Part shown: positions 46,661 through 56,798 of the stretch, one piece after another | How positions within the stretch are numbered: position 1 is the stretch's first letter | Layout: each line of letters begins with the position of its first letter | Assembly: GCA_964349945.1 (NCBI GenBank) | Contig: CAYGIH010000001.1 | Location: 105,306-169,305, forward strand | Reading direction: 5' to 3' | Source: an uncultured Candidatus Saccharibacteria bacterium | GTDB taxonomy: Bacteria; Patescibacteriota; Minisyncoccia; Phycocordibacterales; Zambryskibacteraceae | Length of the DNA stretch: 64,000 bases | Translations under genes and position numbers: made by a program | Notes under the pieces: model-generated | Told to the model about the DNA's origin: nothing | Database searches by the model: none | The model's input: the letters and a program-made list of their open reading frames with translations, nothing else

Positions 46661-48169
46661 CTATTTTTTAGAGATTTTAGAAAGTTCGTTCTTTATATGA
46701 CGTTTGGTCATAGGCATTTTGCACATTTCAACCCATTTCAAATTTGGCTTAGCTGACTGTTTTGTCATGATTTCTACAATGTCTCCATTTTGGAGTTTAG
46801 TATCCAAGGAGACGAGTTTGCCACCAACTTTTGCTCCTATCATATGGCTGCCTATATCTGAGTGGATGGAATAAGCAAAGTCTATAGGGGTTGAATCTAT
46901 AGGCAGGTCAACCACATCACCCTTTGGAGAAAAGGCAAAAATGCGATTACTAAAAAAGTCGTTCTTTAAGTTTTCTTGGAAAGTTTCTTTATCTGTAGAA
47001 TGCTCTTGGTAGGCTACTAGTTCTTTAATCCAATGGGGGATATCTTTTGTAGTTTCCAAAACAGATTTATGCAACTCCTTCATTTGAGTTTTGGGTAGAA
47101 GTGATTTTACCCATCCGAAAGTTTCCTCATCTTTTCCAGTTTTTCCACTCTTGTAAGTGATGTGAGATGCAACCCCATATTCAGAAAATTGGTGCATTTC
47201 ATGGGTTTTAATTTGTATTTCTACAATACTTCCGTCACCAGTGAAGATGGTGGTGTGGATACCTTGGTAACCATTTGGTTTGGGAAAAGCAATATAATCC
47301 TTGATTCTCCCAGGCAGAGGTTTCCATGAACCGTGGATAACACCTAAAACTCTATAACAATCAGCAGATGTGTCTACGATGATACGAACAGCATTGATGT
47401 CAAAAATCTTTTCTATATCCTTTTTCTCTTGGAGTTTTTTATACAAGCTGTATAAACCTTTTATTCTATAGTCAGTTTTTATATTCACTAAACCTTCTTT
47501 GGCCAAAGCCTTTTTGACTTGATTTATGAATTTCTCAAGTGACTCTAATCTTTCTCGTTCACTCTCTTTCATTGCCTTTTTAAGGTTTTCAAATTCTTTG
47601 GGATAAACATAAGGAAAGGCGAGATCCTCAAGTTCTCGATTAAGCTTTCTAATTCCTAGACGATAGGCGATAGGGGCATAGATTTCCAAAGTTTCTGTGG
47701 CTATACGTTTCTGCTTCTCTTGTGGTACATGAGAAAGGGTTCTCATATTATGAAGTCGGTCTGAGAGTTTAATCATAAGGACTCTGATGTCTTCAGACAT
47801 AGCCACAAAGAGTTTGCGGAGACTTTCATTATGTCTATCTGCACCGTTGTAGCGGATACTACCCAGTTTGGTTACGCCATCAACCAAAAACGCCACTTCT
47901 TTTCCAAATTCTTTTTCTATAGTTTCAAGTTCAATCTCACAATCCTCAACAGTGTCGTGTAAAAGTCCAGCGACCACTGTGGTGACACCCATCCCAAGTT
48001 CAGCTAAAATCTTGGCTGTTTCTACTACGTGTATAAAATATTCTTCTCCTGAATGTCTCGTTTGACCTTCGTGGGCCTGTTTTGCGAATTCATAAGCTCT
48101 GTCGATGAGTATCACATCATCATTCGTCTTCTCATCTATGAGTCGTATGATGTCTGTGGCGCTCGTCAT
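46661..48169 (-). CDS. RelA/SpoT homolog, (p)ppGpp hydrolase plus synthetase domains (short, no TGS/ACT)
   Basis: HD domain (HDTVED) and RelA/SpoT synthetase domain (…GRIKDYIAFPKPNGYQGIHTT…). 502 aa. Confidence 0.85.
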   Translation of the reverse strand: MTSATDIIRLIDEKTNDDVILIDRAYEFAKQAHEGQTRHSGEEYFIHVVETAKILAELGMGVTTVVAGLLHDTVEDCEIELETIEKEFGKEVAFLVDGVTKLGSIRYNGADRHNESLRKLFVAMSEDIRVLMIKLSDRLHNMRTLSHVPQEKQKRIATETLEIYAPIAYRLGIRKLNRELEDLAFPYVYPKEFENLKKAMKESERERLESLEKFINQVKKALAKEGLVNIKTDYRIKGLYSLYKKLQEKKDIEKIFDINAVRIIVDTSADCYRVLGVIHGSWKPLPGRIKDYIAFPKPNGYQGIHTTIFTGDGSIVEIQIKTHEMHQFSEYGVASHITYKSGKTGKDEETFGWVKSLLPKTQMKELHKSVLETTKDIPHWIKELVAYQEHSTDKETFQENLKNDFFSNRIFAFSPKGDVVDLPIDSTPIDFAYSIHSDIGSHMIGAKVGGKLVSLDTKLQNGDIVEIMTKQSAKPNLKWVEMCKMPMTKRHIKNELSKISKK

Positions 48170-48172
48170 AGA

Positions 48173-50344
48173 TTATTCTGGTTTATTGAGTTTATGTGGG
48201 TTGTGGTTAGGGCAGGATTTGTCTGAACATCTCTCTGGGATAGTTTTGGTCCCTTCCATCATAAGCGATCCGCAAATTTTGCATAGGTTACCTGTTGGTT
48301 TGGCTTTAATCGCATACTTACAATCAGGATAGTTCTGACAAGAATAGAATACACCAAATCTGCCTCGTCTTTCGGCCATGTAGCCAGTCTTACAAATAGG
48401 ACAGAGAACACCGGTTGAATTGGCCTTCTCTTGTTCTGCATCTTTCTTTATAAACTTACATTTAGGGAAACGGGAGCAGGCGGTGAACATACCGAATTTA
48501 CCTTCACGAGTGACTAGATTTCCCTTACCACACTTTGGACAAAGCTCACCTGTGTCTTTTGGGCCTTCTAATGCTTTCCCATCAATTGTCCTTGCACCAT
48601 TGCAGTCTGGATATTTCTCACAAGAAAGGAATTTACCTGCTTTTCCTAGTTTAATTATCATTGGTCCTCCACAGACAGGGCAGAGAATATCTTTGGGTGC
48701 ATCACCCATGTTTGTGACCTTGGCTATTTTGTCTTTCGCCTTAACATCTTTTATAAAAGGAGTGTAGAAATCTTTGAGTGTTTTTAAATAAGTTCTTTTG
48801 CCATTGGCTATATCATCCAATTCATCTTCCATCTCCGCAGTAAAGCTGTCGCTAATGTATTTACCAAAATTAGCTTCGAGGAAACTAGAAACTACATCTC
48901 CTGTGTCAGTTGGGTGAAGTGCCTTTTGGATTTTCTCCACATAGCCACGGTCATCCAAGGTTTTTATAATAGATGCATAAGTAGAAGGGCGACCTATTCC
49001 TCGCTTTTCAAGTTCTTTAATGAGTCCAGCTTCAGAATATCTAGCTGGTGGTTCTGTTTGTTTCTGTTCAGGTAAAATGTCTACGAGTTTTAATTCATCA
49101 TTTACTGTGAGTTTAGGTAGGATGACATCTTCACCTTGTGCATCGTTGTCAGCCCGAGTCCAACCATCAAATATAATTCGAGAACCGTTTAACCAAAAGT
49201 CAGGGATTTTATTCTTTTCTATGTTGGCTGTTATTTTGGTACGCATTATCTCGGCAGCACTCATTTGTGAAGCAACGGTACGTGCCCAAATTAGTCTATA
49301 AAGCTTTTTTTGTTCATCATTGACTCCAGTAATTTCAGAGCTCATATGAGTTGGGCGGATGGCTTCGTGTGCTTCCTGAGCATTTTTGGATTTTTTTGTA
49401 TATGAATGAGCTTCAAAATAATTCTTGCCATACTTACTTTCAATAACCTTCTTTATGTCTGCTTTAGCCTGAACACTGAGGTTAGTAGAATCTGTACGCA
49501 TATAAGTAATATGTCCAGCTTCATATAATTTTTGGGCCACTTGCATAGTGCGTGATGGGGCGAAGCCTAAGCGAGATGATGCAGTTTGTTGAAGGGTCGA
49601 AGTAATGAATGGTGCTCGAGGTGCGCGAGAAACCTTGGTCTCTTTTATATCAATGACTTTCCATGAGCCGTTCTTTCCTAGCTCAATAATTCTATCTACT
49701 TCCTTTTTTTCTTTTGGTTCTTCTGAACATTCGAAAGATAATTCATTCTTTTGTTTATCTTTAAGTATGGCAGTCAGGGTCCAGAAAGTGACAGGCTTAA
49801 AAGCTCGAATCTCACGCTCACGCTCCATGATGATGCGTAGTGCGGGGGATTGCACACGACCAGCGGAGAGCCCGTAGCGAACCTTCTTCCATATGAGACC
49901 ACTCAAATCATAGCCCACAAGCCTATCAAGGACTCTACGAGCCTCTTGAGCTTCTTTGAGGTCTATATCTATAGTACGAGGGTGGTTTAAAGCTTCCTCG
50001 ACTGCTTCTTTGGTAATCTCATGAAAGACAATTCTTTTTGGATTCTTAAGCCCTACCGCTTCTGCAATATGCCAAGCAATTGCTTCTCCCTCGCGGTCGG
50101 GGTCTGTGGCCAGAATTACTTCGTCAGCTTTTTTAGTGAGAGTTTTAATATCTTTAATAACATGAACTTTTTCTTTGGAGATTTCGTAGTGGGGAATAAA
50201 TCCACCTTCGATGTCTATGGCTGCTTTATTTGATTTTGGTAAATCACGTACATGTCCAACAGATGCGACCACGCGAAAATCTTTCCCGAGATATTTCTCG
50301 ATTGTTTTTGCTTTCGATGGTGATTCAACAATTAATAACTTCAT
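48173..50344 (-). CDS. topA: DNA topoisomerase I
   Basis: TOPRIM and Topo IA core (…YITYMRTDS…), plus C-terminal Cys4 zinc-ribbon repeats. 723 aa. Confidence 0.9.
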   Translation of the reverse strand: MKLLIVESPSKAKTIEKYLGKDFRVVASVGHVRDLPKSNKAAIDIEGGFIPHYEISKEKVHVIKDIKTLTKKADEVILATDPDREGEAIAWHIAEAVGLKNPKRIVFHEITKEAVEEALNHPRTIDIDLKEAQEARRVLDRLVGYDLSGLIWKKVRYGLSAGRVQSPALRIIMEREREIRAFKPVTFWTLTAILKDKQKNELSFECSEEPKEKKEVDRIIELGKNGSWKVIDIKETKVSRAPRAPFITSTLQQTASSRLGFAPSRTMQVAQKLYEAGHITYMRTDSTNLSVQAKADIKKVIESKYGKNYFEAHSYTKKSKNAQEAHEAIRPTHMSSEITGVNDEQKKLYRLIWARTVASQMSAAEIMRTKITANIEKNKIPDFWLNGSRIIFDGWTRADNDAQGEDVILPKLTVNDELKLVDILPEQKQTEPPARYSEAGLIKELEKRGIGRPSTYASIIKTLDDRGYVEKIQKALHPTDTGDVVSSFLEANFGKYISDSFTAEMEDELDDIANGKRTYLKTLKDFYTPFIKDVKAKDKIAKVTNMGDAPKDILCPVCGGPMIIKLGKAGKFLSCEKYPDCNGARTIDGKALEGPKDTGELCPKCGKGNLVTREGKFGMFTACSRFPKCKFIKKDAEQEKANSTGVLCPICKTGYMAERRGRFGVFYSCQNYPDCKYAIKAKPTGNLCKICGSLMMEGTKTIPERCSDKSCPNHNPHKLNKPE

Positions 50345-50424
50345 AAGCTTGTATGTAACAAATACTACAGATATCTCTTTTGTGCAAATTCAACAAAGAA
50401 AAAACGCCAGCAACGGTGGGCGTA

Positions 50425-50679
50425 TTAGTTAGTGAACACGATATCTAAATCCTGAAGATGCAGATATTCATAGAGGGTGTCGTCTACACGAGTAGAGTTT
50501 ATTATTGCCATACCAACAACCCTAATTTCTATGCATTTCCTGTATCTTGCCCAAAACGGGTTTGCGTCTCCAATTACAATTGGGAGCCAGAATTCTTGTC
50601 CTACATCTAAGTCCTTAAAAAGCACAAGCTTCAGAGATGGCTTTCTCATATGAGCTCTCGGAAAAAGGTCTAAAAACAA
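50425..50679 (-). CDS. hypothetical small protein
   Basis: 84-aa ORF between topA and dprA on the same strand. Confidence 0.3.
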   Translation of the reverse strand: MFLDLFPRAHMRKPSLKLVLFKDLDVGQEFWLPIVIGDANPFWARYRKCIEIRVVGMAIINSTRVDDTLYEYLHLQDLDIVFTN

Positions 50680-50721
50680 TCTACTCTTTAATTAAAAATG
50701 TGCAACATCGAATGTTCTATA

Positions 50722-51585
50722 CTAAAAAGTTTTGCGGACTTCGCCGAGTTCTTCGGTGATGAGGCCTTTGATTTCAAGGAGTGAGAGGACAGCGCTCGCT
50801 TTACCTGTTTCAAATTTGCTGTTTCTTATAAGTTCGTCGCGTGTTAGTGGTGTTTCAAGAAGTTCTATAAAAATCTTTTCTTCGTCTGTCAGGTCACTTG
50901 CATCAAAAAGAGTTTGATCTTCGTCCTTTCTCTTGAGATGGAGCATCTCCAGCACATCATTAGAATCTCTTATTAATGTTGCTCCAAGTCTTATAAGCAT
51001 GTGTGGACCTTCGGAAGTTGGAGAAGTGATTGGTCCGGGGATTGCGCCTACATCTCTATTGTATTCAGTCGCGAGTCGAGAGGTGATGAGGGTGCCGGAT
51101 TTGAGTTGGGCTTCTATGACTATAGTGGCGTCACACATGCCGGCCATGATTCTGTTTCTTTGAGGGAAGCTCCAGAGAGTGGCTTTGAAATCATCTTTAT
51201 ATTCAGAAATAATTCCTCCGCCAGATTCAATTATTTCTTCTGCAAGGTTCACATTCGATCTGGGGTGGATAACATTACTTGAGACTCCAGAACCAGGGAT
51301 ACCTATTGTTTGTAGTCCTGCTCGGAGCGCAGCACGATGTACTATAGTATCCATACCTATGGCTAGGCCGGAGATAATAGTGATGGGGTAGCCAGAGAGC
51401 CCTGCGATAATTGATTCGCACATCTCCTGGCCATACGAACTATATTTTCTGGTCCCTACAATTGCCACCAGTTTGTTTCCTTCTATTGGGAGTTCTCCAC
51501 GAATGCGGAGAGATTTGGGTGGATCATTAATTTCCTTCAATAATTCTGGAAATTGGTCAAATGAAAGATCACGTATTTCATTCAT
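50722..51585 (-). CDS. dprA: DNA processing protein DprA (Smf)
   Basis: Rossmann-like DprA core (…AIVGTRKYSSYG…GLAIGMDTIVHRAAL…SGTLITSRLA…). 287 aa. Confidence 0.85.
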   Translation of the reverse strand: MNEIRDLSFDQFPELLKEINDPPKSLRIRGELPIEGNKLVAIVGTRKYSSYGQEMCESIIAGLSGYPITIISGLAIGMDTIVHRAALRAGLQTIGIPGSGVSSNVIHPRSNVNLAEEIIESGGGIISEYKDDFKATLWSFPQRNRIMAGMCDATIVIEAQLKSGTLITSRLATEYNRDVGAIPGPITSPTSEGPHMLIRLGATLIRDSNDVLEMLHLKRKDEDQTLFDASDLTDEEKIFIELLETPLTRDELIRNSKFETGKASAVLSLLEIKGLITEELGEVRKTF

Positions 51586-51697
51586 TTAAATATTTTAACA
51601 TCTTTGTTATGATTGTTTGTAGTAACAGAAAACCAAAGTCTTTACCCGACCCGGTCGGGCTTCGACAACTTTGATTTTCTTATTACTCCCAAACAAT

Positions 51698-52963
51698 ATG
51701 TTAGATATTAAATTTATACGAGAAAACAAAGACCTTATAACCCTTGCGGCCAAGAAGAAGCACGTTGAGTTTGATGTTGATGAGCTACTGTCCATAGATG
51801 ATGAGCGTAGAGCGCTTATGACTCGACTCGAAGAAAAGCGAGCCGAACAGAATGCTGCTTCACTTGAGATAGTGCGTGCAGTTGGTCCAGAGAAATCTCA
51901 AATATTGGAGAAGATGAAATTCCTGAAAGAGAGTATGGGTGCAGAAGAAGAGAAACTCAAAGAAGTAATGCAGAAATGGCAGTTGATGATGCTCTATGTA
52001 CCAAATATTCCAGATATTTCTGTGCCGGATGGAAACAGTGACGGAGACAATCAAGAAATAAAGAAATGGGGGAAACTTCCTAAATTCGATTTTGAACCCA
52101 AAGACCATATTGAAATAATGGAAAATCTTGGAATATTGGATTTGGAACGCGGGGCAAAAGTTTCAGGGTTTAGAGGTTATTTTTTAAAGGGGGATGGAGC
52201 ACTACTTTCGTTTGCAATTTGGAATTATGCGATGGATTTCTTTGGTAAAAAGGGGTTTACACCTATGCTTACACCAGCCATTGTTCGCAAAGCGGCCTTT
52301 ATTGGCACAGCCATGATTCCTCAGGCAGAGGAGGACTTGTATAAAACTCAAGATGGAGATTATTTGGCTGGGACAGCTGAGGTACCAACAATGGGTTATT
52401 ATCAAGATGAAATAATTGATAAGAAGGATTTACCTATAAAATATCTTTCTTTCTCTCCATGTTTCCGTAGAGAGGCAGGAAGTCATTCTAAAGATGTGAA
52501 GGGTCTTATTCGAGTCCATGAATTTTTCAAAGTTGAACAAGTAGTGCTTTGTGAAGCTAGCCACGAAGAATCTGTTAATAATCATGAGTTTATTACTCGC
52601 AACAGCGAAGAGTTTATGGAGTCACTCGGTATACCTTATAGAACTGTAGTGAACTGTGGTGCTGACCTTGGACTTGGACAAGTGAAGAAATACGATATAG
52701 AAGCATGGGTGCCACTTGAGAACAAATATAGGGAAACACACTCTGCATCTTATTTTCATGATTTTCAAACACGTAGATTAAACATTCGATACAAAGATAC
52801 AGATGGGAAGACAAAATATGTTCACTCACTTAACAACACCGCCACCGCTTCTCCTCGTATTCTAGTGTCTCTTGTAGAAAACTTCCAACAAGCAGATGGT
52901 TCAGTAAGGATTCCAGAAGTGCTCGTACCTTATATGGGAGGGAAGACGGCGATAAAGAAGTAG
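51698..52963 (+). CDS. serS: seryl-tRNA synthetase
   Basis: N-terminal coiled coil (MLDIKFIRENKDL…) and a class II core (…FSPCFRREAGSH…, …GLGQ…RETHS…). The ORF-track start at 51671 was trimmed. Confidence 0.9.
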   Translation: MLDIKFIRENKDLITLAAKKKHVEFDVDELLSIDDERRALMTRLEEKRAEQNAASLEIVRAVGPEKSQILEKMKFLKESMGAEEEKLKEVMQKWQLMMLYVPNIPDISVPDGNSDGDNQEIKKWGKLPKFDFEPKDHIEIMENLGILDLERGAKVSGFRGYFLKGDGALLSFAIWNYAMDFFGKKGFTPMLTPAIVRKAAFIGTAMIPQAEEDLYKTQDGDYLAGTAEVPTMGYYQDEIIDKKDLPIKYLSFSPCFRREAGSHSKDVKGLIRVHEFFKVEQVVLCEASHEESVNNHEFITRNSEEFMESLGIPYRTVVNCGADLGLGQVKKYDIEAWVPLENKYRETHSASYFHDFQTRRLNIRYKDTDGKTKYVHSLNNTATASPRILVSLVENFQQADGSVRIPEVLVPYMGGKTAIKK

Positions 52964-53041
52964 ATTTATTTGACAAAAGACTGTTTTGGGTTATCATTAT
53001 ACTATAGTTCTTAAACCAATCATTTCAACTAGGAGTGGCCA

Positions 53042-53326
53042 TTGGAAACTCGAGAGGTCGAGTTATCTCTGCTCGAACAGTATCTTTTGGGTGTGGGTTT
53101 GGTTAGCAAACTTCCTCACACAAATGAAATCATTAGTGAGTGGGTAGATGAACCTGAGAAGTTTCTCAGGATGACTGGAGGGCAGATGTTTTTTGTGCTC
53201 GAATCTGCCAAGCTTGGTGATGATGGTGTTTGGGAGGTCGGCTACTATATCTACTATCACCATTCGGTCGCATTCTATCGATACCGAGTTTGTGATCGAA
53301 TGATAGAACGTCGTTTGGCTTCTTGA
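53042..53326 (+). CDS. hypothetical small protein
   Basis: 94-aa ORF followed by a terminator-like hairpin at about 53333-53362. Confidence 0.35.
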   Translation: METREVELSLLEQYLLGVGLVSKLPHTNEIISEWVDEPEKFLRMTGGQMFFVLESAKLGDDGVWEVGYYIYYHHSVAFYRYRVCDRMIERRLAS

Positions 53327-53414
53327 GAACTTTGACTCTTATTGCCACGCAACAAGAGTCTTTTTATTTAAACTTTATTCATAGAAGCTTGAAGAAGTAA
53401 GATATAATGTTTTT

Positions 53415-54245
53415 ATGAAAATCATTGGCAACAAAAATGCCCTTCATACACCTGAATTTCATAAGAAGAAATTAATGGAGAAGCGTATTCGCGTTGCAAT
53501 CATTACTATAATTATTTTGATTGTTACTATTGTCCCTGTTCTCATTCTTAGACATAAGAATTTTCAGATTACTAACATCGAAATTGTGGGCAATGTGGTG
53601 ACAAAGAATGAGGAAATTCAAGCAATTATTTCAAAAAATTTATCTGGCAACTATCTTTGGATTATTCCGCGTACTAATACTCTCCTTTATCCTAAAAATA
53701 AAATTATTAAAGATTTGATGGAACTTGAACCTAGACTTTCTAAAATAGAAGTTAATACCCCGTCTGTCCAATCAGTAATTTTCAATGTTTCAGAAAGATC
53801 CCCAAGAGCAATGTACTGTAATGATGTTTCAAACACTTCTACTCCAGCAGATTGTTATTTTATTGACTCAAATGGTTTTATTTTTTCTGAAGCCCCAGCG
53901 TTTTCTGGGGGAGTATATATGGTCTATACTAGTGACCCGAAGCTAGATTCTCCACTAAGAACAAACTATTTTGAAAAGGAAAAATTTTTATTAATAGATA
54001 ATTTTGTGACAAGTTTGCCAAATATTGATTTGTATCCAAAGATTTTTGAGTCAAAGCGAGATGAATATAGTCTTATACTCTCAAATAACGCCATAATCCG
54101 ATGGAATATTAAGCAGGATTTAACCACAATATATTCAAATCTCGATACATTAATTCATAGTGAATCTTTTAAAAAAGATGGTGGTTTTAATAACATTCTT
54201 TATTTAGAAATAATAGGTGGTAAGATGACGTTTAAGTATAAATAA
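53415..54245 (+). CDS. FtsQ/DivIB-like cell-division protein (putative)
   Basis: N-terminal transmembrane segment, then a POTRA-like module (…FQITNIEIVGNVVTKNEEIQAII…) and a beta-rich C-terminus. Confidence 0.5.
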   Translation: MKIIGNKNALHTPEFHKKKLMEKRIRVAIITIIILIVTIVPVLILRHKNFQITNIEIVGNVVTKNEEIQAIISKNLSGNYLWIIPRTNTLLYPKNKIIKDLMELEPRLSKIEVNTPSVQSVIFNVSERSPRAMYCNDVSNTSTPADCYFIDSNGFIFSEAPAFSGGVYMVYTSDPKLDSPLRTNYFEKEKFLLIDNFVTSLPNIDLYPKIFESKRDEYSLILSNNAIIRWNIKQDLTTIYSNLDTLIHSESFKKDGGFNNILYLEIIGGKMTFKYK

Positions 54246-55234
54246 TGAATAATTTTTGGAACAAGTTGGATAGGCCTTTTTTTTGTTTGGCACCTATGTC
54301 GGATGTGACTGATGTGGCATTTCGTTTTATGTTGGCAAAATATGGAAAAAATTTTGAGAACAAGAATCAAGTAGTATTTTGGACAGAATTTGTGGCTGCA
54401 GATGGTTTAGCTAATAAGTTGGCTAAAAAGAGATTAGCTCACATGCTTAAGTTTGCTGAGCGAGAAAGACCGATTGTGGCTCAAGTTTTTGGTGCTCATC
54501 CAGAAAATATGAAAAAGGCTTGTCAATATGTTGCAAGTCTTGGTTTCGATGGAATAGATATAAACATGGGATGTCCAGACAAATCAGTGGTAAGCCAAGG
54601 GGCAGGAGCGGGCCTTATTAAAACTCCAGAACTTGCAAGGCAAATTATTCAAGCGGCCCATGCAGGGATTGAAGCTGCGGGCTCGCACATTCCAGTATCA
54701 GTTAAAACAAGAATTGGGTTTAATAAAGAAGAAATAGACATTTGGATTCCTGAATTATTAAAGGAAGATATTTCTGCGCTTACAATTCACTTACGTACTG
54801 CCAAGGAATTGTCACTTGTGCCAGCTAATTGGGAACATCTAAAAAAGATAAAAAATTTAATTAAAAAAAGCGGTAAGGAGGTGCTTCTTATTGGTAATGG
54901 AGATGTTGAGAGTATAGAGGATGCTAAGGAGAGAGCATACAAATACGACTGTGATGGAGTGATGATCGGTCGTGGGATCTTTGGTAATCCTTGGTTTTTT
55001 TCTGAACACATTCCAACTCATATAGAAAAGTTAAACGCCCTAGTGGAACACACAAAGCTTTTTGAAGAGCTTTTAGGTAAACACAGTAATTTTGCAGTGA
55101 TGAAAAAACATTTTAAAGCTTATGTGAATGGTTTCGATGGTGCGGTTGAATTGAGGACTAAACTTATGAATACAAATTCGGCAAAGGAAATAGAAAAAAT
55201 TATTAAAAACTACTTATCCACAGGTCGCGTATAA
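54245..55234 (+). CDS. dus: tRNA-dihydrouridine synthase
   Basis: …FCLAPMSDVTDVAFRFM…FDGIDINMGCP… TIM-barrel Dus signature with catalytic Cys. 329 aa. Confidence 0.85.
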   Translation: MNNFWNKLDRPFFCLAPMSDVTDVAFRFMLAKYGKNFENKNQVVFWTEFVAADGLANKLAKKRLAHMLKFAERERPIVAQVFGAHPENMKKACQYVASLGFDGIDINMGCPDKSVVSQGAGAGLIKTPELARQIIQAAHAGIEAAGSHIPVSVKTRIGFNKEEIDIWIPELLKEDISALTIHLRTAKELSLVPANWEHLKKIKNLIKKSGKEVLLIGNGDVESIEDAKERAYKYDCDGVMIGRGIFGNPWFFSEHIPTHIEKLNALVEHTKLFEELLGKHSNFAVMKKHFKAYVNGFDGAVELRTKLMNTNSAKEIEKIIKNYLSTGRV

Positions 55235-55249
55235 ACACTTGCAAAGTTT

Positions 55250-55775
55250 TTTGGGTGGGTATATATTAATCCTTACCCTCAATCGGTATTCTCCGGTTGG
55301 TGGGAAACGACCACCCCTTACCAGGGCCAGTCGATGGTGAATCGTTTGGGCTCCGGGCTGTTCAACAGTTTCCGGAGTGACCTTCCGCCGTAGCTTCGGC
55401 CACGACCGTAAGGTCAGCGACACACCGATCACTTGGTAGATCTTCCTTGCTACCGCGCTTGACGCTTCGTCGAGCACTGTGATCCATTCCACGAATCCTG
55501 TGGAAGAACCCCTCAGTGTCTCCAGGGTTAAGAGAGATGCAACAAGTGCTCGTCAACGTAACGAGCAGGCGGCAGGAAGGCCGCAACCCTAGGTCGCTTC
55601 GTCGACCGGCTGCTGATACCAGACCACAACTATCCGCGTTCCGCGCGTCACAGCGGATCGGACTCTCCTGGGTCAGGCGTACAAATCGTTACGCCAAGCC
55701 TGGCCCAGTGAGAGGCTCCGATGCTCTACGAGCAACACACACCGCGACCGCAAGGCACGCGGTTTATTTTTTTTA
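55250..55775 (+). ncRNA. candidate structured non-coding RNA, identity unresolved (high-GC, ORF-free, ends in a strong intrinsic terminator)
   Basis: GC about 60% over about 500 bp. Only short overlapping junk ORFs on both strands. Numerous GC-rich helices. Some weak resemblance to RNase P RNA blocks (CCACGACC…, …CAGUGAG…) that I could not confirm. Terminator accgcg…cgcggt-T10 at 55741-55775. Confidence 0.4.
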
Positions 55776-55862
55776 TTCATTTTCCCTTTGACAAATTTAA
55801 TTTTTTATGATAATAAGGGTATAGAGCAGTTGTCCTTTTAGGCTACTTTCCAGGGGGTTTCA

Positions 55863-56729
55863 ATGCGTGCATTTCGATGGTTGTTGGGAGCAATACTGCT
55901 TATCACAGCGTGTCAGCATGACCGCTTGATCAGCATCAAGATTGACGATGGCTCAGGTCATCCAGCGGGCCCGTCTGGACCTTCTGCTCCGGCTGTTTGC
56001 CCGAGTGGTTTCAGTACGTGCACTGGGGCGCGGTGGAGCGATCTGGGGATGGCCCCACTCGACACCACGTACACCTTCAGCCACAAGCGTCACGTGCGAG
56101 GTCTCGCTTACATCCCGAGTGGTGCAAGCATCGAGATCCTCGTGCGCTCGACGCTTGGCTGTGAGGCTGTGGCCAGCACTCCGCAAGTGATTGCGACGAC
56201 GGTGTCGAATGTCTACACGGTGGATGTGGAAATGCAGGCAATCAACATTTGCTCTGACAGTACGGTCTTCAAGTTGAAGGCCGACTCGACTCAGCGCAAA
56301 GCTGTCCGTGTGACAGTAGTGTCAGCACCGGTGGTGGCGGGTTCAATCAGATTGAACCAGCCGACGACGCTTGGTGGTGTGGGTGCTACTGGGAGATACA
56401 CCTGCACAGTGACCGGCTTGTCTGATTTGAGATGCTGGTACTACAGCACCAATCCGCTTGTGGTGTCCATCGTTCAGAAGGACACGACTTACACCGTGGC
56501 CACATTCCCGTGGCCAGCCGGTGCGAATGTCGGTGGTACGTACAAGAACCTCGGTTCTGGTTCTGCGGGCATTTGTGGATTCAGCCCAAGCAATCCGGCC
56601 ATCGCGGATTGCAAGAACCACAACGTGTCTGCTGCCTCTTCTCTGATGTCCAGTTCGAACCTCATGGCTCCTGCTGAACTCCGTGAATGGGCAGTACCTG
56701 AGGTTCTCAAGAACCTTACGAAACCCTAA
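55863..56729 (+). CDS. putative lipoprotein, Cys-rich, secreted (elevated-GC gene)
   Basis: Lipobox LLITAC after a signal peptide. About 58% GC. 288 aa, no known domain. Confidence 0.5.
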   Translation: MRAFRWLLGAILLITACQHDRLISIKIDDGSGHPAGPSGPSAPAVCPSGFSTCTGARWSDLGMAPLDTTYTFSHKRHVRGLAYIPSGASIEILVRSTLGCEAVASTPQVIATTVSNVYTVDVEMQAINICSDSTVFKLKADSTQRKAVRVTVVSAPVVAGSIRLNQPTTLGGVGATGRYTCTVTGLSDLRCWYYSTNPLVVSIVQKDTTYTVATFPWPAGANVGGTYKNLGSGSAGICGFSPSNPAIADCKNHNVSAASSLMSSSNLMAPAELREWAVPEVLKNLTKP

Positions 56730-56740
56730 CGGGTACAATG

Positions 56741-56775
56741 GCCAGTCTATCTTCGGATAGCTGGCCTTTTTCTTT
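56741..56775 (+). terminator. strong rho-independent terminator
   Basis: ggccagtctatc-ttcg-gatagctggcc followed by T5. Confidence 0.8.
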
Positions 56776-56798
56776 ATCTAGAATGCTATATTTAAAGA

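Noticed and set aside
53383-53406. Apparent TTGAAG…TATAAT promoter upstream of the ftsQ-like gene
   Set aside because: The spacer between the -35-like and -10-like hexamers is only about 8 nt, which is incompatible with a sigma70 promoter. It was not annotated.
55214-55791. ORFs 55214-55492, 55362-55586 (minus strand) and 55516-55791 (plus strand)
   Set aside because: Mutually overlapping chance ORFs on both strands of a 60% GC non-coding block with a terminal intrinsic terminator. No coherent protein.
55942-56738. Antisense and alternative-frame ORFs inside the high-GC lipoprotein gene (55942-56190, 55953-56186, 56343-56738, 56432-56677, 56458-56646, 56489-56710)
   Set aside because: Chance ORFs in GC-rich DNA. 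The + frame 55863-56729 has a lipoprotein signal peptide and runs continuously.
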